Source: Vermamoeba vermiformis (lineage: Eukaryota). Taken from it: a stretch of 64,000 nt of DNA. The DNA is taken from contig JBEWZL010000056.1 of the NCBI GenBank assembly GCA_045837725.1, positions 248,001 through 312,000 of the forward strand, given 5' to 3'. The notes beneath the pieces are model-generated. The model saw only the letters and a list, made by a program, of their open reading frames with translations, was not told the origin of the DNA and ran no database searches. Of this stretch, positions 53,563 to 64,000 are shown piece after piece (the first letter of the stretch is position 1; every line of letters starts with the position of its first letter). The position numbers and the translations under genes are program-made.

Positions 53563-53609
53563 TTTGCCCGCCTTTTTTTGGTCAAACTTTTTCAAACTAC
53601 TAGCCGTTA
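53563..53609 (+). promoter_or_regulatory. Putative cell-cycle promoter module of CDC20 (E2F-like, CHR-like, MSA/Myb)
   Basis: TTTGCCCGCC 53563-53572, TTCAAA 53591-53596, TAGCCGTTA (=TAACGGCTA) 53601-53609. Confidence 0.45.
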
Positions 53610-53681
53610 CAAACAAACACTTGCCAAAAAACGTCCATTGTTTACTTCCATCAAACAACAACACAACGCAGCTGATCCAAA

Positions 53682-55317
53682 ATGTTAGACAGCTATTCCC
53701 AGATCTCAACACCATTCAAGTCCTCGGTTAAGAAATCGGTAAGTTATACTAACAGATCTGAATTTTCCAGACCTGCTCCCCACACACCGTACAAAACTCC
53801 TTCAAAGACTCGCTATGGTGATAGATTTATCCCACAACGCAAGTAAGAATCCTTAAATTCGTATTCTAAATAAATTAAATATTGACGTTCAATTCGAAGC
53901 TCGACCGACCTCGAACTCGGCCACTTCAGTTTAATTCATGATAAAGCATTGACCTCCAAAGCAATGCTCGACACTAGTCCCTCCAAAGAGCAATACAAGT
54001 CTACCATTGCAGACTCGTTGTTCGACTCGAATCCACACAGCAAAATTCTTTCTTTCCAGAACAAAACCAAGAATCTCAGCACATCCTCTGACGATTACGA
54101 GAACAAGCGCAAGCTATTGTATGCGCAAAACAAGTTTGTCAACAACACTCAAAAGCCCTCGCGTGTCATTCCCAACGCACCAGAGAAGATCTTGGACGCA
54201 CCCGCGATTATGGACGACTATTATCTCAACTTGCTTGATTGGAGCTCTTCAAATATGCTCGCTGTTGCTTTGAAGCAGTCGGTGTATTTGTGGAATGCCA
54301 GTGATCAATCTATTGTCGAGGCGAGTATTAAAACCATTTTTTCCACGATTTATCTAACCTAGCATTGCAGTTGGTCACCCTTCAAGAGGAAGATAACTAC
54401 GTCAGTTCATTGTCATGGTCTCAAGACGGCACACTGTTGGCTGTTGGCACAAACTACAACGACGTTCAGATCTGGGACGTTGAGCGCAGCAAACAATTGC
54501 GTCGCATGCGCGGTCACACAGCTCGTGTCGGTGTCTTGGCTTGGAATCAACACTTGGTCAGCTCTGGCAGTCGCGACAGCAGCATTTTCAATCACGACGT
54601 CCGCGTGGCTCAACACCACATCTCGAGCTATCAACGACATACCCAAGAAGTCTGCGGTCTCAAGTGGTCGCACGATGGCACTCAATTGGCCTCTGGTGGT
54701 AATGACAACCTCGTCAATGTGTGGGACATGCACAGCACCGAGCCTGTCTACACGATGAACCATCACCTCGCCGCTGTCAAAGCTATCAGCTGGTGCCCGT
54801 GGCAAAAGAACTTGTTGGCTACTGGAGGTGGCACTGCCGATCGCACCATTCGATTCTGGAACACGTCCACTGGTGCTTGCTTGAACGCTATTGACACTCG
54901 CTCTCAAGTGTGTCAGCTGTTGTGGTCGAAAAACCATCGCGAATTGGTCTCATCGCACGGGTATTCACAGAACCAATTGATCATTTGGAAGTACCCTCAA
55001 ATGCACAAGGTCGCTGAACTGACTGGTCACCAGTCGAGGTAAGTGACGCACGTTTATTGCCGTGCCTTCGATGTACTAATGACTGTTGCAGAGTACTCCA
55101 TATGACCATGAGTCCCGATGGCAACACTGTTGTTTCTGCCGCTGCTGATGAGACTCTTCGCTTCTGGAACATCTTCGAGAACGAGTCGTAAGTAAAGCAT
55201 TGCTAGATATCATCTCGGTACTAACTCCCTACCAGGCCTGTGGCACAGAGTCCTAAGAAGGTCATTCCTGTTCGCAAGAACGCTCCTCTCAGCCTCAGCA
55301 GCATCAAGATCCGTTAA
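53682..55317 (+). CDS. CDC20: APC/C activator CDC20/Fizzy
   Basis: C-box [30 protein letters not shown]40 repeats, C-terminal IR tail. Confidence 0.95.
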
Positions 55318-55720
55318 GGCTGGGGACGGATCTGTGTTGTTGTTGATGAGCACTTGGTGCAGCAATGTGTACGCGTAGCTAGGTGCTTTTGAGCGCCCAT
55401 TGACGTAGCTGTAGTGTGGGAGCTGGTTTGGCACTTGCAAGACTGTCGGTAATTTTACAGCTGATGCAATTTCGTTTTGATGCTTCGAAATTGAAGACGA
55501 GTTTCAGGCTCGTCGTTAAACTAACCAATTTAGGTACTGGCGATTATTAAGTTAGTTGCTAACCCAATTGGTGTTTCTTAACACCTTTCTTGCAAAGAAA
55601 TTTACATAAAGAATTCTCGGCCCGAAATTTTTACCCGCTCGGGAACCCGCAATTTTAACGTAACGGTTCAGTTATTGCTGCTAATTATTATTTGAACGCA
55701 CCTTGTATAGACTACGAGCA

Positions 55721-57473
55721 ATGTCTTGGTTCTCTTCAAGCAGCAAAAAGAAAAAGGAACAGGAATTGCTCGAGATCAACCGATCTCACGAATCCCAAGC
55801 TCTGGCACTTGGCATTGCTCCATCCACGACACCAAAGACCACTACATCGTCGTCAAGTGCACAAGCAATTGATCAATTAAAAAAGAAATACGATCAAAAG
55901 ATAAATCAGCTGGTTGCGTCGTTAGAAGCCAAAGCAGAGGATTGCATTCAACTTCAAGATGAGCTCAAGGCGTTGGAAAAAGCTCAAAAGGTTATGAAAA
56001 GTGAAAATGAACAACTGAAAAATGAAATAGAGAAACTTAAAAAAGACGTGCAAAACTCGAATAAGGTAGGTTATTGCGATTTTATTATTTGAAATGTAAA
56101 TTTATGTTTTTACGGCACTAATTAATTGGTCTTGCTAATGAAATATTATAATAATTAAACAGTTATTTAATACAGCAGGTTAATTTCGTAAATTAAAATT
56201 GCATCTCGCAACGGTTATTTTTTATTCTGCTTGTCAATTTAATAAACGAATTACAAGCACCAATATTTATTAAATTAATTAAATTAGACAAAACAATCAA
56301 ATGAAGAGATTATCGAAGAGTTGCAGCGAAGGATCATCACGCTCAGTTCCTCGCTGGAAGAAATGGCGATGGAAAATCTCGAACTCGACAACAAACTGCG
56401 CGAGGCCACGGGCAAACCATCGACCAATTTGGGTGCCAAAGCTCCTGTAAGTAACTTGTCAGCTGTAGACACGAGTCAAACAGATCACATTGCTAAATCT
56501 CTGTGATTTAGCCCTCGCCGCTGTCCCTGTCAAGAAGTATTGGCGATGAAAAGCGCTTGGAGGCATTGCAGTACGTAGCACAACACAATATGGGAAGTGT
56601 GGCTAATAATATCTTGTAGGAATCAAATCAAATCGCTCGAAGCAGAACTTCAAAGCAAGAAGCAGCGCATCGAGATACTAGAGTCAGAATTAATTAAAGA
56701 GGTGCAAGAGAATGTAGCACTGAATGAGTCGTGCGATAAATACGAGGACAAGATCCGCGAAGTGGAGAAGAAGATGAAGGACAATTTGAACAAAGAGGCC
56801 TCGCGCCGTCGTGAAGCTGAGTACTCTGTGACACGCCTGAAGGTAATTGATCAATACTCACGCTATAACTACGAGTTTCAATGGATTAACACCCGTACAG
56901 AAAAAAGTACAAGAGTTGCAGTTCTTGCTGGAGGAAAAAGATGACGACTATTTGAGCAGTGATAGTGACAGCGACAGTGACAGCGAAGATAAAAAGAAAA
57001 AGAAGAAGAATGAACCAAAGAACGACAAATCTAGCAATACGAACGAGCCCGAGAAGAAAGCAGAGAAAGCTGAAGCAGCGAAGGAAGAGCCAAAGAAAGA
57101 AGATAAAAAGGACGATAACAAGAACAAAGAGGATAAGAACAGCAAAGACGATAAGAGCGCGGTGAAAAAGGATGACAAAAAAGACGACCACAAGAGCGCA
57201 AGCAACACTAAAGAGGACAAGAGCTCGACGAAGAAAGATGACAAGAGCTCAAATGGCACGAAGAGGGATGATAAAAAAGACAAGAGCAACAGTCCCCAGG
57301 AAACTAAAAAAGATGACAAGACCAAGAAGGACGACAAAAAGGACACCAAACCGGACTCTAAGAAATCAGATCCAGTTGCGACACCGGACAAAAAGACACT
57401 CGCCCCCGTTCAAAATCCCCCCACACCTTCACCACCCAAGCGCGGTGGCTTCCAACTGATCAAGATGAGTTGA
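55721..57473 (+). CDS. Hypothetical coiled-coil protein with Lys/Asp-rich low-complexity tail
   Basis: Multi-exon coiled coils followed by KKDDK-type repeats. Confidence 0.7.
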
Positions 57474-57711
57474 TGCACCGAGCTCATCCCAGACTTGTAA
57501 ATAGCAAGGTCCATTGTTTATCATGTACAGTACAACGCGACAATAAATTTTGTTTAATTGACCGTCAGTGTTATCGTTAACATACATTTATTTACAGCGT
57601 GCCGCTCACTGCACAGCTCGTGGCACTGATGCTGCACTAGCATTGTGACACTCGACTCGCGTGTTGGCGCAAAATTGAAATATACAGGTATAAATATAAT
57701 GCGCGAGATAT

Positions 57712-58782
57712 TTAGCTGTAGAATATCTCGTTGTAGAACTGGTCCATGCGCTGCAGTTCCAGTTTGTGCTGGCACGAGTCAGTGGTGTGCGTGCAGAAAC
57801 CATTCATAGTGCCCGGTTGGTTGAGGTTGTTTTGCGTGTTGTACATGAATTTAGAGGCCTCGCGTTGCAAGCCGACGGCATTGAGCATGTCAATCATCTC
57901 CACCAACACCTCCAAGTCTCGGCTCGGCATGGTGCGAGTCATCTTGCGGATGCGCTCGGTCTTCTCTTCCAAGGACATCGACGAGTAGGTCTGAAGAGTG
58001 CGGCTGATCAATGAATCGAAGTCCTTCTCTTCTGCGTTGTCCAACTTGCGTCGCTTGACATCAGGGATGCCCATCTCTTCCAACAGCGCGGACATCTCGG
58101 CATTGGGATCGGGCACCTGACCTGAAGCAATTGACTTGAGCAGTTGAGTTTGTTCAGCTTGGCGCAACTCGATGGCCTCCAATTTCTCCATCAAGAAGGC
58201 CTCGTTGTAAGTGCGCTTGCGAGGAGTGGGAGATGATTCGCGCGGCACGTACTCGCTGCTGCCGGGTGAGCCAGGCTCTTCATTCGACACTTGCTCGGTC
58301 TTAATGGCAGGGGTCTTTTTGCGGTGCTTGAGTGGCTTAGAGATGACTTTGATGGGTCCGGACAGCAGTTGCAATTGAGGGAACTGCAGATTTAAGGGAT
58401 CCCAAACGTGAATTTTGAGTCTGAAGAAGTTGTCTTCGTGGTGACTCGAGAGCACCTTGATTTTGACGTCGAAACTGATCTGGTCGCCGGTGTCGTTGAC
58501 CACGGGCTTGTAATCCACGGGCTTCACCTTGACGAAGCTAACTTCCTTCTCGTCGACGACGTCGTATATTAATTTAATATCGAAGGCTAAATGGTTGAAG
58601 TTGGAGACCTTGGCGTTGCGCAATCCGATCAGCAGTTGGAAGGGTGAGTTCTTGACCACAACGTGCACGATCTGAGTTTGGCCGTTCTTGGTCACCTTCT
58701 CTTCAGTCAGGGCGGTTTGCTTGATTAAATCCAACTGCGGTGCTCCGCTTCGCATTTGATTCAGAAAGATTGTGTTTTCCAT
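57712..58782 (-). CDS. CudA-family transcription factor (amoebozoan); intronless
   Basis: VHVVVKNSPF, KIKVLSSHHEDNFFRLKI, SGPIKVISKP resemble my recollection of the CudA DNA-binding core; basic NLS-like tracts. Confidence 0.7.
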   Translation of the reverse strand: MENTIFLNQMRSGAPQLDLIKQTALTEEKVTKNGQTQIVHVVVKNSPFQLLIGLRNAKVSNFNHLAFDIKLIYDVVDEKEVSFVKVKPVDYKPVVNDTGDQISFDVKIKVLSSHHEDNFFRLKIHVWDPLNLQFPQLQLLSGPIKVISKPLKHRKKTPAIKTEQVSNEEPGSPGSSEYVPRESSPTPRKRTYNEAFLMEKLEAIELRQAEQTQLLKSIASGQVPDPNAEMSALLEEMGIPDVKRRKLDNAEEKDFDSLISRTLQTYSSMSLEEKTERIRKMTRTMPSRDLEVLVEMIDMLNAVGLQREASKFMYNTQNNLNQPGTMNGFCTHTTDSCQHKLELQRMDQFYNEIFYS

Positions 58783-59395
58783 GGCTTGATGAAGGGCTAC
58801 TTGCTAGATCTGCGTGGGGTAAATTGAAAAAATGTCCTGATGTGTTGTTGCCTCATTACAGTGCTAATTAAAAAAACCCAGAATCGCACGCGCACTTCTT
58901 TCTCTTTTTCCAAGTTGGAAAAGTTGATGGAAGGTTCTATGGAAAAATCGTATGTGATTGGTCAGAAGGCACATGGGCCAATCATCGAAGGAATTTCAGC
59001 CAATAGAATCGCTAGCAAAGGTATATTTTGGAGTGCCCGGTACCGCCGATAGGTAAGCCTTGGTGTCCCAACCGAAAGATAATACCCTTTGCTCGATGAG
59101 CAGTAAGATCTGATTGCTTATTTGTTCCTTTTGAACCGGGCACTCTTCAGCAAGCCTTAAGTACATCCTTTGTTCTTGTTCTTTGATAATTTTTTTCCGT
59201 AGCTTCGAGAACCAAGGATCCTTCCATCGATATGTGATTTGTGCTATTTTTATACGAACGAGCTTTTCTTGTCTTGCTACGACCGCTCTAGTAAATTTGT
59301 ATTGGTGAGGGCCACACTATCTGATATGAAAGTCTATGATACAATTTATAGCTTGGCCTCCAGTCAGTTAGCCAGGATCCGATCTTACTTCAGGA

Positions 59396-60303
59396 CTATT
59401 GATTGTTACGCTTCCATTTGGTCGGGAAGTTCTTGCGTTGTCTCTGTCGCTCTTTCTCGCGCTCTTCTGCTGCACGTTGCTCGTCTAATCGCTGCTGTTC
59501 ACGCGTGTCCGCGGCGAACTGTGTGCGCTGCTCTTCTAAGTACTCGTCCCATCCGTCGTTTAGGCGCGTGTATCTAGCGTACAAGTTAGTACTATACCAC
59601 ATAGAAAACCGTATAATTACTTGTTGGAACGGCACTTGAGTGCAATGACAAATCCAACAACGATTAGCGCGATGATTATCAGCACTACGAGGAACTGCGT
59701 TAGATCATTGTACTTAAGGCAAGACATGACCTAGTCTTACCTCCTACTGCGCATATAATAAGCAGCATTTCAAAGGCATTGACTACAAGCAGTCAGTAAG
59801 GTTAATGTCAACAACAAAAGCGTACCAGAGCACGTCTTCCAGTAGTAGTTGCTCGATGTCAAAGTGTAGTTGGCATATTCAGAGTCATTGCCTCGAGGGC
59901 CGAATATAGTACCCAATATGCAGCGCGTCTCATTGACGAGTGTTTCGCGAACGAGCGTCGGATCTGACTCTTCAATAGAGGTGCGAAGCCATATGCAATT
60001 CAAGTGCGTAGAACAGTCACCACACGTTTTTTCGGAAGTACAATCTAATGACAAGAATTAATTAGGCTTATTGTAGGTTTCAAAAATGATTTTGATCTCG
60101 GAATAGATTGGGGCATACAATCAGCCGAAATTCACAGGTTTGTAAAAACAGGTATAAAATAAACGTAATTTTTGGTGGCCATATTTCAAGGTGATTTCAC
60201 TCTATTAATATATGGCGCTTCATTAATTACCTTGAGCGCAATAGATGCCCAATTGCGTAAGAGCTATCAATATAAAGACTTGTGTTCGCCTGCTCAAAAG
60301 CAT
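59396..60303 (-). CDS. PTTG1IP-like PSI-domain single-pass membrane protein
   Basis: Signal peptide, DCTSEKTCGDCSTHLNCIW..C..YYWKTC, TM segment, charged cytosolic tail. Confidence 0.7.
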
Positions 60304-60406
60304 TGAAAAATTAGTTGCTTATTCCGACTTGATTCATACACTTTCTGTGTGATTAGTTGAATGAGGTTTCGTTTGATTTTTCTGCTGTTAAATTGACACG
60401 CCAGCC

Positions 60407-61112
60407 ATGAGTCAACAGAACATCGAATTCGAGTTTGCATTCAACGGCAAGAAGCATAATTTAACTGTTTCGAACAATGTTTCGGTAAAAGGTCAGATCT
60501 ACCCCTTATCGAACGGTATTAATTTTTGATCTTAGATCTCAAAGATAGAATAATCGGAATGCTAGGCACTCCTCTAGAAAATATGAAGATATTGGGATTG
60601 AGGAAAGGAAGCGTTCCTGATGACAGCGTGAGTTGAAATTTAAATATTGATAAGAATTAAAATAAATAATTAATTAATGATCGCAGGAAATTCTCTCATC
60701 GCTGAAATTAGCCAAAAAAGCAAAGATTATAGTACTCGGATACGAACCGAAGGTAACAAATACCATTGCAGATCCAGCGTTGTACTGAAGACCAAAGCAG
60801 GATGCAGTCAAGCCCTCCAGCCCCGCACCAGCCCCTGAGAACAAGACGCTGAATGAATTCACGCAGATTGAGAATGACATTGCTGGCGTGGAACAGTTCA
60901 TTGAAAGTTTTATTCACGAACACGGTCCTCGCGCCCTCGACAAGACGCAGAACTTTGAGCTGAAGAAGCGCGAAGAGTTGTTGACGCAGCGACTGATCAA
61001 ACTCGACGGCCTCGCGGTCAATGACGACACGCGACCGAAGCGCAAGGCCCTGGTAGAGCACATTCTGAGGGTCGCGGACAAATTGGAGGCGATGAAGATG
61101 TCAAACAGTTGA
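60407..61112 (+). CDS. Ubiquitin-like plus BAG domain co-chaperone (BAG1-like)
   Basis: Ubl exons (FAFNGKKHNLTV..DLKDRI..MKILG); BAG helix EELLTQRLIKLDG..RKALVEHI. Confidence 0.85.
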
Positions 61113-61115
61113 CTC

Positions 61116-61564
61116 TGACACGTGTCACATTCAACACCACTTGTACAGCGCAGTAAATGACACTTTTGACAGCTACCACTCGTCAGTCACCGCGGCGAGG
61201 CCGTCATCCGCTGCAAACACTAATTCTCCGCCGTCCTGCTCTTGACACGTGTCATCTGCTGGCTCGTCGTCGATAAAGTCGTCCCATTCTGATTTCTTTT
61301 TTTGGTTCGTGGTGCTCGGAGTGACAGCAGGGCTCGTGACACTTGACACGGACTGGGGTGCAGTGTTTGACACGTGTCTAACAGTGGCTGTCACACTCGT
61401 GTTCTGCGCTCTGTTCGCTGTCACGGCACGTATCTTGTCAATCACGTGCTGTTGTGTCTGTGCCGTCTCATCAGTGACACGTGTCAAAGTGGGTGTTGGA
61501 CTGGGTGTTGATCGTGCGAGGTGCGCAGTTGAAATCAGACGCGGACTCTCATTTGACACGTGTC
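61116..61564. repeat. Cluster of dispersed palindrome (T)GACACGTGTC(A)
   Basis: Copies at 61116, 61243, 61369, 61475, 61555; further copies at 7226, 36308, 41652, 63297. Confidence 0.85.
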
Positions 61565-62180
61565 GCGCTGTGTTCTCGTGACGCGCGTACTTCGGCGCTG
61601 ATTCGTAGCTGTCACGTGACTCACTCGCTGTCCACTTGCGTTTGACACCTGTCACTGCGGTGTTTCGTTTGGGCTGAGCACTCCACTTGTTAGCACTCTG
61701 CGCCGTGTTATTTCCTGATTTGGAAGGTCTTTTGTACTCGGGCAGTGCTGTCAACAGCTCCGTGCCAGCCTCAGTTTGACGCGTGTCATTGCTTGAAGTG
61801 TCATTGTCCTGGTTACATCAGCATACATGTCTATATAACGCAGCCTATATGACTAGCCGTACCTCTTCCAAGAACTGCGCCCATTCATTGGTCTGGTCGC
61901 GCGGAGTGTTGTTATTAGACCCCTCGCTTTCAGTCCGCAACACGCGCTCCTCAACATGTTTCAGCGTGTTCGTCGCTGCTTCTTCTTCAATTTCACCGCG
62001 CTTCATGTTGTATTCTTGGACGATAGGACGGATGTCTGCAGCTTTGAACGACCGCGCGTAGATCTTGCGTACACTTTGCTTGGAGCCACACATCTTGCAC
62101 ACAAAATCATTTGTTTTGCGCAGCTGTTGTGCTTGAAAGGATTGGCACGAGTAGCAGCGCACTACGATGTGTTCGGGCAT
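61173..62180 (-). CDS. MRNIP: MRN-complex interacting protein (C5orf45/UPF0544)
   Basis: VVRCYSCQSFQAQQ..FVCKMCGSKQSVRKIY..AADIRPIVQEYN; EWAQFL and SEWDDF motifs. Confidence 0.88.
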
Positions 62181-62562
62181 CTGAAATTAGCGGAAATTAA
62201 TAATGCACAATCTTATAAACCAAAGATATACAGAATTGCACTATTGAATATAGAACTGCGTGAATTAATTATATAAATTGTGTCTGGTAAATTTTCAATG
62301 TTGGATCTACCTTTAATTTAATTAAACTTCGTGGTGTGGCAAGTCAAACAGAGGATTGCAAACTCAATCGAGCAGTGGTGCGGAGTTGTGAGAACCAATC
62401 AGAGCAAATCAAATTCAATAGGCACAAATCTCTTGTCTGTGCTTGTCACCGCAATCATAAATCAAAACTGCGAGGCATTCACACAATTGATAATCATTGA
62501 GTTGATTGGCTGCACCTCATGATCTCATTTTGAACCTTGTACTCTAGCAGAGCCTACAGAGC

Positions 62563-64000
62563 ATGGCCATCACACTTTACATGCCATTAGAGTTTGGTAA
62601 GCGGAACTTTGTGGGCAAATTGAATTATTCGATTAATTCAATTTAATTTTGATACTCAATTAATACTGGCCATTTATTATTTAAAATGATACGTGCTTTA
62701 TTAACATCAACATAATAATAATATTCAGCAGTCATTTAAAACATGTCGGACCCCTTTTATGCGCGAAGTGATCCGCTATGCATGTCTCTCGAGCAATCGC
62801 TGCACGAGAATAGAGACCTTGCCGCTAAACTACTCGAAGACGTGGCTAAGACTGAAGAGCTCTTAATATCATTGCACAAACAACTCAAGAAAGCTAAAGA
62901 ATTCACATCTGCACTCGATCATCAACTCCTCTCTCGCCGCGCAGAGTTGAAGTAAGCTACTACAACTATATGTACTATTACTAACGCCGTGGTTCTAGCG
63001 CGCACTACAAACAGCTCGCTGAGCAGTACGGCGTGCCACTCGAACAGCTGTCCGTGATCACGCTGCTCTCAGACGAGCTCTATTTGGCTATATTTACCTA
63101 CTTTGACTACGTCACGCTCACTGAAATTTCAACGGTAAGTGGCACGTGCTCGCAAATAGACTGCTGATTATGACACGTTTGACAGGTGAGCAAGAAGTGG
63201 CTCACTCTCACGCGGGACAATTCGCTCTGGCTGGCACTGTTCATCAAGTACGCACTGTGCTATAAATAGACCTCTTTTCACTGAAATCACGTGACTGACA
63301 CGTGTCCGCAGAGCCAAAGACAAGTACGTGCCCGAGAGTGTGCGCGAACAAGACCGCAAACGACGCGCGGCACAAGAAGAGCGCCAGAAGAGTTTGACGG
63401 CGCTGAGTGGACTGCACAAACACAAGCGTCGCCTGACTGCTGACAAGCGCGGCACGGAGCTCAGACCTCGCCTGCCCTGTTACTACGCGCACTGGTACCA
63501 CTACTTTGCTGATCGCATGCGCGTGCACAGTTGGGTCTGGCCCGAGACTGCAGCACCGCGCAGCAGACGCGAGGCAGTGGGATTTGGTGCGCCGGAGCCT
63601 GGCTGGGCCCTGGCACTCGAGGACTGCGCGCTGAGTCAACTGCGTCACGGCCGCGTGGAGCTGTTTGACAAGCTGACGGTGGTGCTGGCGGATGTGCAGC
63701 ACGATCTCAACAAGAACTGTAAGTAGTCACGTGATCGCGTGCGAGGGCAGAACTAACGGACCAATCAGCGAACATCTTGACCACTGACGGACTCAACTGC
63801 GACCAGCACGAGCAGTGGGCGGACAGTCTCAGTCTCAAGGCACAGACCAAGACGCCATTCGACGCTGCACTCTTGTGCGAGCGCGCAGTGGACAAGTACT
63901 TGACAGCTGTCAAACAGTTCGAGGACAAATATCTCGCGTCAGTTGACAGCGCACTCGAGGACACTGCGCGTGACAGTCCTGTGCGGCTGTTGACCTCCAA
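62563..64000 (+). CDS. F-box protein, runs off the window (partial)
   Basis: LLSDELYLAIFTYFDYVTLTEIST|VSKKWLTLTRDNSLW F-box after a coiled coil; further exons to 64000. Confidence 0.78.

Noticed and set aside
258-62065. Frequent AGATCT words, often near gene 5' ends
   Set aside because: By-eye count suggests only about two-fold over chance; cannot be separated from composition without computation
1946-64000. Apparent cluster of ubiquitin-system genes (BRAP2, two F-boxes, UBR finger, NBR1-like, CDC20, BAG)
   Set aside because: Such genes are abundant in eukaryotes and are interspersed with unrelated genes; no evidence of a functional cluster

Overview
A gene-dense, intron-rich eukaryotic nuclear segment, most likely an amoebozoan protist (CudA-type transcription factor, Clu-domain fusion, PBZ-bearing repair enzyme, class II DAHP synthase). 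About 32 protein-coding genes are split by short (mostly ~45-150 nt) GT-AG introns with CTRA(C/T) branch points, plus at least two GC-AG introns. I saw no rRNA, tRNA, CRISPR array or transposon. Housekeeping genes include BRAP2, RapGAP, PNKP, SLC36-like transporter, SAP30-like, ArfGAP, CC2D1, COPZ, NBR1-like, 4E-BP, IVD, PPIL4, CDC20, BAG and MRNIP. Manual splicing recovers several items the ORF track misses: (1) an F-box fused to a degenerate eEF1A-like GTPase; (2) a secreted protein resembling bacterial Cif/CHBP deamidases; (3) PNKP with three tandem PBZ fingers and a possible internal start; (4) a 4-exon secreted 10-Cys peptide immediately upstream of a secreted C39-like peptidase; (5) a small StyC/HabB-like membrane protein; (6) a highly iterated palindrome TGACACGTGTCA in introns, UTRs and coding exons. 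All family calls are by eye from motif recall; no searches were run. CDS coordinates span introns.
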